From the NCBI RefSeq assembly GCF_006345805.1, contig NW_021834332.1, positions 1 to 50,987 of the forward strand: 50,987 bases of DNA, read 5' to 3'. Below, piece by piece: positions 41,985 through 50,987 of the stretch (position 1 is its first letter; each line of letters starts with the position of its first letter). A program made the translations under genes and the position numbers. The stretch comes from Octopus sinensis. Lineage: Eukaryota. The notes beneath the pieces are model-generated. The model ran no database searches, was not told the origin of the DNA, and was given only the letters and a program-made list of their open reading frames with translations.

Positions 41985-42491
41985 CTTTTTCTGTGCCCTT
42001 AAGGTATTGCAAGGGAGGAGGTCATCCTTCCCTCGTCAACCTAAGTGATAAACACGGACTGCAGTTTCTAGTATTGACCTGTCATCAGAAAGTGTGCCTA
42101 AAGCCAGCAGGAGACGATGTTCTCCTGGGCTAAAAAGCTACAGTAACTTACACCCTTAGTTGTTAGCCATATTGAGATGGCAAATATACCCCATATATAT
42201 ATATATATGTATATATATAATAGATCATATTTGTGTATAATCTACATGTGCGTATATACATAGCAACGCTAACGATAGATTTGAAATTTGTATTGATACT
42301 GACGGAGCACATGTTGAAAGTTTTGACATAAGATTCATAAATCTATTAACTTTAATATGATAGTTAAATATGAGACACACGATTCAGTCAGATTTTGAAG
42401 AAGAATTTGCCTGATTCCATTGAAATGAATGTTTAAATCTGGCACCCCCTGTATTTTTAAATTAACGTCGTATCATTATGGTTAACGTTAC

Positions 42492-42599
42492 CTGTTTGTT
42501 CCCTGGGTCGTAACGAGGTCTTCGTTGTCTGATACCTTCGTTGTCATTTCCATTTCCTGAGTGGAAGTGTGATTCCAATCACCATCCGGAGAACCATTG
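42492..42599 (-). CDS. Repeat exon M13, 108 nt (M2 type)
   Basis: AG/GT intact; open frame. Confidence 0.73.
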
Positions 42600-43334
42600 C
42601 TGAAACGAATAGATATATATTATATACATATGTGAATGAAAGCGCACATGTGTATGCATGCATGTATGTTATGTGATGTATGTATGTATGTTATGTATGT
42701 ATGTATGTATGTATGTATGTAGGTATGTATTATGTATGTATGTGTGTATGTATGTATGTATGCATGTATGTATGTACGTATGTATGTATGTATGTATGTA
42801 TGTATGTATGTATGTATGTATGTCTGTCCTTTTTTCTTTTTTTCACTCCGTCGGTTGCGACGACGAGGGTCCCACTGATACGATCAACAAAGAACAGCTT
42901 GCTCGTGAAATTAACGTGCAAGTGGCTGAGCACTCCACAGACACATGTACCCTCAACGTAGTTCTCAGGGAGATTCAGCGTGACACAGAGTGTGACAAGG
43001 CCGGCCCTTTGAAATACAGGTGCAACTCATTTTGTCAGCTGGGGACTGGAGCAACGTGAAATAAAGTGTCTTGCTCAAGGACACAACGCGTCACCGGGAA
43101 ACGAATTCACGACCTTACGATCGTAAGCCGAATGCCCTAATCACTAAGCCACGCGCCTTCACATGTATGTATGTATGTATGTATGTAAGTATGTATGTAT
43201 GTATGTATATGTATGTATGTATGTATGTCTCTATGTATGTATGTATGTGTGTATGTATGTATGTATGCATGTATGTAAGTATGTATGTATGTATGTATGT
43301 ATGTGTGTATGTTGTATGTATGTATGTAAGTATG

Positions 43335-43365
<31 letters not shown>

Positions 43366-43501
43366 GTGTATGTATGTATGTATGTAAGTATGTATATGTA
43401 TGTATGTATGTATGTATAATGTATGTATGTATGTATGTATATATGTATGTATGTATGTATGTGTATATGTATGTATGTATGTGTGTATGTATGTAAGTAT
43501 G

Positions 43502-43535
<34 letters not shown>

Positions 43536-43678
43536 TATATTATATGTATGTATGTATGTATGTATGATGTATGTATGTATATGTATGTATGTATGTATGT
43601 ATATATGTATGTATGTACGTAAGTATATATGTATGTAGTGTATGTATGTATGTATGTATATATGAGTAGGTATGTATG

Positions 43679-43712
<34 letters not shown>

Positions 43713-44520
43713 TGTATATGTATGTATGTATTAATATGTATGTATGTATGTGTGTATGTACGTATGTATGTAGTAATATGTGTGTATGTATGTATGTATG
43801 TATGTGTGTAAGTATGCCTGTATGTATGTATGTATGTATGTATGCATATATGTATGTATGTATGTATGTAGTATGTATATATGCATGTATGTATTATGCA
43901 TGTATGTATGTATGTATGTATGCATATATGTATATATGTATGTATGCCTATATGTATGTATGTATGCATATATGTACATATGTATGTATGTATGTATGTA
44001 TGTATTATGTATGTATGTATGTATGTATGCATATATGTATGTATGAATGTATGTATGTATGTATGCATATATGTGTATGTATGCTCGTATATATTCGATT
44101 CGTTCCGTTTCGTTTCGTCGTTTCTTCTTCTTCTCTAAGCTGGTTTATGTATATATATATATATATATTATATATATATATATATATATACACACATAAA
44201 ATAGATGATATTTCTGTATAATCTACATGTGCATATTTACATAGCAACGCTAACGATAGATTTGACATTTGCAGTGATACATACAGACGGAACACCTGTT
44301 TTGAAAGTTTGAAGTTTCTGCTATTAAGTAATTCATAAATCTATTACGTTAATATGATAGTTAATATGAGACACTCGATTCAGTCAGATTTTGAAGAAGA
44401 AATTGCCTGATTTCATTGAAATGGATCTTTAAATCTGACAAACCCTTGTATTTTTATTGAACATGATTATGACAGCCTAGTCTCAATGAATTAACGTCGT
44501 ATCATTATGGTTAACGTTAC

Positions 44521-44628
44521 CTGTTTGTTCCCTGGGTCGTAACGGCGGCCTCGTTGTCTGATACCTTCGTTAACACTTCCATTTCCTGAGTGGAAGTGTG
44601 ATTCCAATCACCATCCGGAGAACCATTG
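44521..44628 (-). CDS. Repeat exon M14, 108 nt: NGSPDGDWNHTSTQEMEVLTKVSDNEAAVTTQGTN
   Basis: AG/GT intact; open frame. Confidence 0.73.
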
Positions 44629-44971
44629 CTGAAACGAATAGATATATATACATGTATAAATGAAAGCGCACATGTGTATGCATGCATGCATGTATGTATG
44701 TATGCATGTATAAATGAATGTATATATACATTTTGCTTGTTTCACCCATTTGAAGGCTGCTGTGCCTTACTAGAGGCTGGAAGGGGTTTTTTTTAATTAA
44801 AGGAATCGAAATCAGGTCTATTTTTTCGCCTATTATTCGAACCGTGTATTTTACCGAACCTCTAAGATAAGAGAAAGGAAACTCACCAAGAGCAGTGGTC
44901 AAGCGGTTGTAGTGAAGGGACAAACACAAAGACACACCCACACCACACACACACACTCGCACCCCCCCCCC

Positions 44972-45009
<38 letters not shown>

Positions 45010-45030
45010 CTCACCCACACACGCGCAATA

Positions 45031-45157
45031 TAGACGAGGCTGAAGTAGAAAATAATGTAATCCAAATTACTTTTTTCTCTAATCTTCGTTTATTCAGAGC
45101 AGAGTCAAAATCTGATGCAAATATAAACGGCATAACTTTCTGACTTATTCTCGTGTA
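45031..45157. mobile_element. Possible decayed mariner-type MITE in the repeat unit (also about 520, 13960, 16180, 19910, 21955, 36620, 47250)
   Basis: Imperfect inverted ends TAGACGAGGCTGAAGTAGAAAATAATG versus reverse-complement TACACGAGAATAAGTCAGAAAGTTATG. Confidence 0.35.
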
Positions 45158-45600
45158 ATTATGTGAGTGTATATAGCTATTTATATGTGTATATACATGA
45201 AGGTGTGAGATTTGTGATTTGAATTTTCGGTTAACGATCGTAAAGTTGTGAGTTCGATTCTTGGCGGCGCGTTGTGACACTTACTTTCAAATTGCTCCTG
45301 TTCAACTGCGTGACTAAAACGTGTTGTAACATTATTTCGAAGAGACAGCCTTGTCACACTCTGTTTTACGCTGAATTTCTCTGAGAAGATTCCACGTGCC
45401 TATGGAGAGCTTTGCCACTTGCATTTAATTTTGAAGAAGAAGCAATTCCGTTGAACGTATCAACTGGAACTCTGAACGTCGTAAACGACAGTGTGTTAGT
45501 TTCGAAATATCAGTGCATGTTAGTGTGTATCAGTGTGTGTGTGTTTGTAATCACATAAAACATGCCCACACTCACGCACCCGCACACATGCGCTCCAATA

Positions 45601-45723
<123 letters not shown>

Positions 45724-46051
45724 TGTATATACACATATACATATATATCTATTAGATGAATTTGTGTAAAATATAGATGTGCGTATACCATAGCAACGCT
45801 AACCGACAGATTTGAAATTTGCAATGATATAGACGGAACACATGTTGAAAGTTTTGACGTAAGATTTGTAATTATATTAGTTTTAGCATCATAGTTAAGT
45901 AAGAGACACAGAATTCAGGCAGATTTTGGAAGCTATTTGTCTGATTTCATTGAAATAGATGCTTAAATCTGGCACACCCTGTACATAACGGCGTCGTTTC
46001 ATTAAATTAACGTCGTGTTATTATGGTTAACGTTGCTCTGTTTAAAACTAC

Positions 46052-46159
46052 CTGTTTGTTTCCTGGGTCGTAACGGCGTCTTCGTTGTCTGATACCTTCG
46101 TTGTCATTTCCATTTCCATAGTGAAAGTGTGATTCCAATCTCCACCTTGAGAACCATTG
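46052..46159 (-). CDS. Repeat exon M15, 108 nt (copy of M5)
   Basis: AG/GT intact; open frame. Confidence 0.72.
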
Positions 46160-46566
46160 CTGGAACGAATAGATATATATACATGTATGAATGAAAGCCC
46201 TCGTGTGTATGCATTTATGTGTGTGTATGTATGTATGTATGTATGTATGTATGTATGTATGTATGTATGTAGGTAGGTAGGTATTATGTATACATATGTA
46301 TATATTATATATGTATGTATGTATGTATGTAATGTATTTTGTATGTATGTATATATGTCTGTAAGACATGTATCTATGTATGTTTGTATGTATGTATGTC
46401 TGTATGTATGCATATATGTATGTATGTTTGTATATATGTATGTATGTATGACACGTATATATGTATGTACGTATGTATGTATGTACGTATGTATGTATGT
46501 ATTATATGTATGTATGTATGTATGTATGTCTGTATGTATGTATGTATGCATGTATATGTATGTATG

Positions 46567-46600
<34 letters not shown>

Positions 46601-46611
46601 TGTATGACACG

Positions 46612-46645
<34 letters not shown>

Positions 46646-46672
46646 TGTATGTATGTATGTATGTATGACACG

Positions 46673-46706
<34 letters not shown>

Positions 46707-46738
46707 TGTATGTATATGTATGTATTATGTATGACACG

Positions 46739-46772
<34 letters not shown>

Positions 46773-46791
46773 TGTATGTATGTATGACACG

Positions 46792-46824
<33 letters not shown>

Positions 46825-46863
46825 TGTATTGTATGTATGTATGTATGACACGTAATATGTATG

Positions 46864-46897
<34 letters not shown>

Positions 46898-48001
46898 TAT
46901 GTATGTATGTATGTATGACACGTATATAGTATGTATGTATGTATGTATGTATGTATGTATGTACGTATGTATGTATGTAATCTTTATGTATGTATGTAAG
47001 TATGTATGTATGCATGTATGTCTGGATGCATATAAACTTTATACCTTTTACTTGTTTCAGTAATTTCAAGGCTTCTTTTATTGAAGGGTTTTTTTAATCG
47101 AATAAATCGAATTCAGGACTTTTTTCGGGGTAAACCACACATGTATAACCATATATATATACGCATGTCTATTGTACACACACATACACACACACACACA
47201 CAGACACACACACACACACACACACGCGCGCGCAACCATACACACACAATACAGACGAGGTTGAACCAGAAAGCAATGTGACCGAAATTAGTTTTTGGCT
47301 CATCTTGGTTTACTCAAAGCTGAGTCAAAAACTGATGCAAATATAAACGGCATTATTTTCTGATTCATTCGCGTGTATTCATGTGAGCGTATATATCTAT
47401 ATGTATATGTATATAAGAGAAGGTGTGAGATTTGTGATTTGAGTATTCGGTTAACGATCGTAAAGTTGCGTGTTCGATTCCCGGGTGTCAAATCTTCACT
47501 TGGTGTCAAAAATGAGTTGTAACTATATTTCGATGAGCCAGCCTTGTCACACACTGTTTCACGCTGAATCTCTCTGAGAATTACGTGAAGATTCCACCTG
47601 TCTATGGAGAGCTCTGCCACCTAATCGTTATTTTGAAGAGGAAGCTATTCCGTTGAACGTATTAACTGGAATCCTGAACGTCGTAACCGACAGTGTTACA
47701 GTTTAGATAAATAAGTGGATGTAAGTGTTGTGAGTGGGTGCGGGTGCGTGAGTGTGTCTGTGTGTACTAACATACACACTGCCCACCCGCACGTATACAC
47801 CACACATGCACACTAATATATATATATAATATATAATATATATATATATATATTATATATAATATTATATTATTATATATATATATACATATACATATTG
47901 CATATATATACTATATATATATATATATATACATGTATGTATATATATATATATATATATACATATAATATGCATAATATACATATATATATATATACAT
48001 G

Positions 48002-48045
<44 letters not shown>

Positions 48046-48068
48046 CATATGCATATATATGCATATAT

Positions 48069-48112
<44 letters not shown>

Positions 48113-48147
48113 CTTTTTCTACATATCTATCTATCCATCCATCTATG

Positions 48148-48195
<48 letters not shown>

Positions 48196-48506
48196 ATAAT
48201 AGAACATATTTGTGTATAATCTACTTGTGCGATATATACATAGGAACGCTAACGATAGATTTGAAATTGCATTGATACAGACAGAGCACATGTTGAATGT
48301 TTTGACGGAAGATTTATAAATCTATAAATTTATAAATAACAGGCACACAATTCTGTCAGATTTTGATAAAATATTGCCTGATTTCATTGAAATGGATCTT
48401 TAAATCTGACACACCCTTGTATTTTTATTGAACAAGATTATGACAACCAAGTCTCAATAAATTAACGTAATGTCACTATGGTTAACTTTAATGTGGTTAA
48501 AAGTAC

Positions 48507-48614
48507 CTGTTTGTTTCCTGGGTCGTAAGGGGGTCTTCGTTGTTTGATACCTTCGTTGTCATTTCCATTTCCATAGTGGAAGTGTGATTCCAATCACTAC
48601 CATGAGAAGCATTA
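48507..48614 (-). CDS. Repeat exon M16, 108 nt (copy of M6)
   Basis: AG/GT intact; open frame. Confidence 0.72.
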
Positions 48615-48778
48615 CTGAAACGAATAGATATATACATGTATGAATAAAAGCCCTCATGTGTATACATGCATGAATGTTTGTGTGTGTGTGTGTATGTTTG
48701 CATGCATGAGTGTGTGTATGTGTGTATGTATATATGAATTTATGTATCTATGCATGGATGGATGCATTCATGTATATA

Positions 48779-50062
48779 CGAGGGGCGTTCAATAAGTAAT
48801 GCCCCTGACCCACTTCCCATAGCAGTAGAGCAATGAAACTTGGCACAGTCATTAGCCTTTTTCTACATAGGAACCACCCAGAGTTACGCATTTCTCCCAT
48901 CGTTTGATGCAGCTCTGGAGACCGTTTTTGTAGAAGACCCCAGCTTGGTCCTCCAACCACGACGTGACTTCAGAAATCAAGGCTGCATCATCTGGTAAAC
49001 GCTTCCTTTCAAAAACAACATCATGGCTGGGAAGAGGTGAAAATCAGAGGGTGCAATGTCAGGAGAGTAGGGGGATGGGGGATGAGTTCATAGTCGCACG
49101 CCTGTGCTTCTGATCTGGCGACATGCGAGTTGTGGACCGGAGTGTTGTCTGCAAGAGGAGGATGCCTTTGCTGATCTTGCCCCGCCTCTTGATTTTGATA
49201 GCTTCTCTTAATTTCCTCAAAAGTGAAGCATAATAGGCTCCTGTAATTGTGGTACCCTTTGCCAGGAATCTGTCATCACTACTCCGTCCTGGTCCCAGAA
49301 GACTGTGAGCATGACCTTGCCAGCGGAGGGTTGCACCCTTGCCTTCTTGGAGGAGGTGAGTCACGGTGCTTCCACTGCATTGACTGGGCTTTGGTCTCTG
49401 GATCATAGTGATGGACCCAGGTTTCATCCTGTGTAATCAGTCTTTTGAAAAATTTGACTCATCTTCTTGGCACTCAAATTCATCCTCGAGCACTCGACGC
49501 GTTCTTGCTCTCTGGAAAGGTGTTGTGAGCAACCTGGCTCCATCTGGCAGAAACCTTTTGCATATGCAAATGGTCATGAATGATAGTTTCCACAGACCCT
49601 GGTACTAATCTTGACCTCATGGCTATTTGGCGAATAGTTATGCGTCGATCTTCCAAAATGGCAGCCTCAATTGACGGACAGATGCCTCATCAATGGCAGA
49701 AGGGGGACGACCAGATCTGGGAGCTGTTTCCACAGAGTTACGACCATGTTTGAATTCACGATGCCAGTGTTTTACAAGGTCATATGATGGGGCATCATCA
49801 CTATAAGTTACTTTCATTTCATCTAAAGTCTCCCGTGGTGTGCGTCCTTTCAAATACAAAAACCGGATCACTGCTCGTCACTCAAGAGGCTCCATTTCAC
49901 ACTTGACTCAGTTCAAACACCTGTAAATCAGAAACCACAATTAGTTCAGAGCTGTAATTTTCCACTTAATCTATAGAGATACAAATTATTGCACATGCAA
50001 ACTTTCAGCTAGATCAAACAACTGCAAGTGGGTCAGAGGCATTACTTATTGAACACCCCTCC
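48779..50062 (-). mobile_element. Mariner element, duplicate copy
   Basis: Same TIRs, flanks and lesions as 17706-18989. Confidence 0.92.
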
Positions 50063-50897
50063 TATGTATGCATGCATTCATGCATGCGTGTATGTATGTA
50101 TATATGTATGTATTTATGTATGTATGTATGTATGTATGTTTGCATGTATGTATGGATGGCTGGCTTTCATGCTTGCATATATGCATGTATGTATGCATGC
50201 ATGTATGTATGTATGTACGTTTGTATGTATGTATGTAGTATGTATGTAGCATGTATGTGATGTATGTATGTATGATGTATGTATGATGCATGTATGATGC
50301 ATGTATGTATGTATGATGTATGTATGTATGTATGATGTAGTATGTATGTATGTATGTATGTATGTATGCATGTATGTATGTATGTATGTATGTATGCATG
50401 CATGTATGCATGCATGTATGTATGTATGTATGTATTGTATGTATGTATGTATGTATGTATGTATGTATGTATGCATGCATGTATGCATGCATGTATGTAT
50501 GTATGTATGTATGTTTGCATGCTATGTATGTATGTATGTTGTATGCATGTATGTATGTATGTATGTATGGTATGCATGTATGTATGTATGTATGTATGTA
50601 TGTATGTATGTATGTATGTATGTATGTATGCATGTTGTATGGATGTATGTATGATGCATGTATGCATGTATGCATGTATGTAGTGTATGTATGTATGCAT
50701 GTATGTATGTATGTTATGTATGTATGTATGTATATGTATGTATGTCTGAATGCATATATACTTCATAACTTTTACTTGTTTCAGTAATTTCAAGGCTTCT
50801 GTATTGAAAGGTTTATTTTAATTGAATAAATCGAAATATTTTCGGGGTAAAACACACCTGTATAACCATATACAGACGCATTTCTCTTCTACTCACG

Positions 50898-50928
<31 letters not shown>

Positions 50929-50987
50929 ACACACCACACCCACACACACACATGCGCGCACGCGCGCGCGCACACACACAACAATAG

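Overview
AT-rich, microsatellite-dense animal DNA; the SINE, LINE and simple-repeat content resembles an octopus (coleoid cephalopod) genome, which is an inference. Nearly all ORF-track calls are translations of (TATG)n, (CA)n and (TA)n repeats and are not genes. Main hidden structure: a minus-strand array of 16 paralogous, symmetric (phase 2-2) exons, 13 of 108 nt, two of 105 nt and one of 104 nt. Each has an AG acceptor and GT donor and encodes an acidic Ser/Thr-rich 36-aa module with two conserved N-glycosylation sequons (consensus S-NGSxxGDWNHTSTxEMEMTTKVSDNEDxVTTQGTN). This looks like the internal repeat region of a mucin-like/extracellular glycoprotein gene whose first and last exons are not seen in the window. 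The exon units (about 1-3.6 kb) were re-amplified as three large blocks (about 1-21440, 21445-36250, 36250-end) with mosaic identity. Introns hold decayed elements: Penelope-like RT/GIY-YIG (x3) next to a hammerhead-like motif, mariner (x2), a 5'-inverted RTE LINE (x3), a CR1-group LINE 3' end, nested non-autonomous Helitrons (x2) and many tRNA-derived SINEs.
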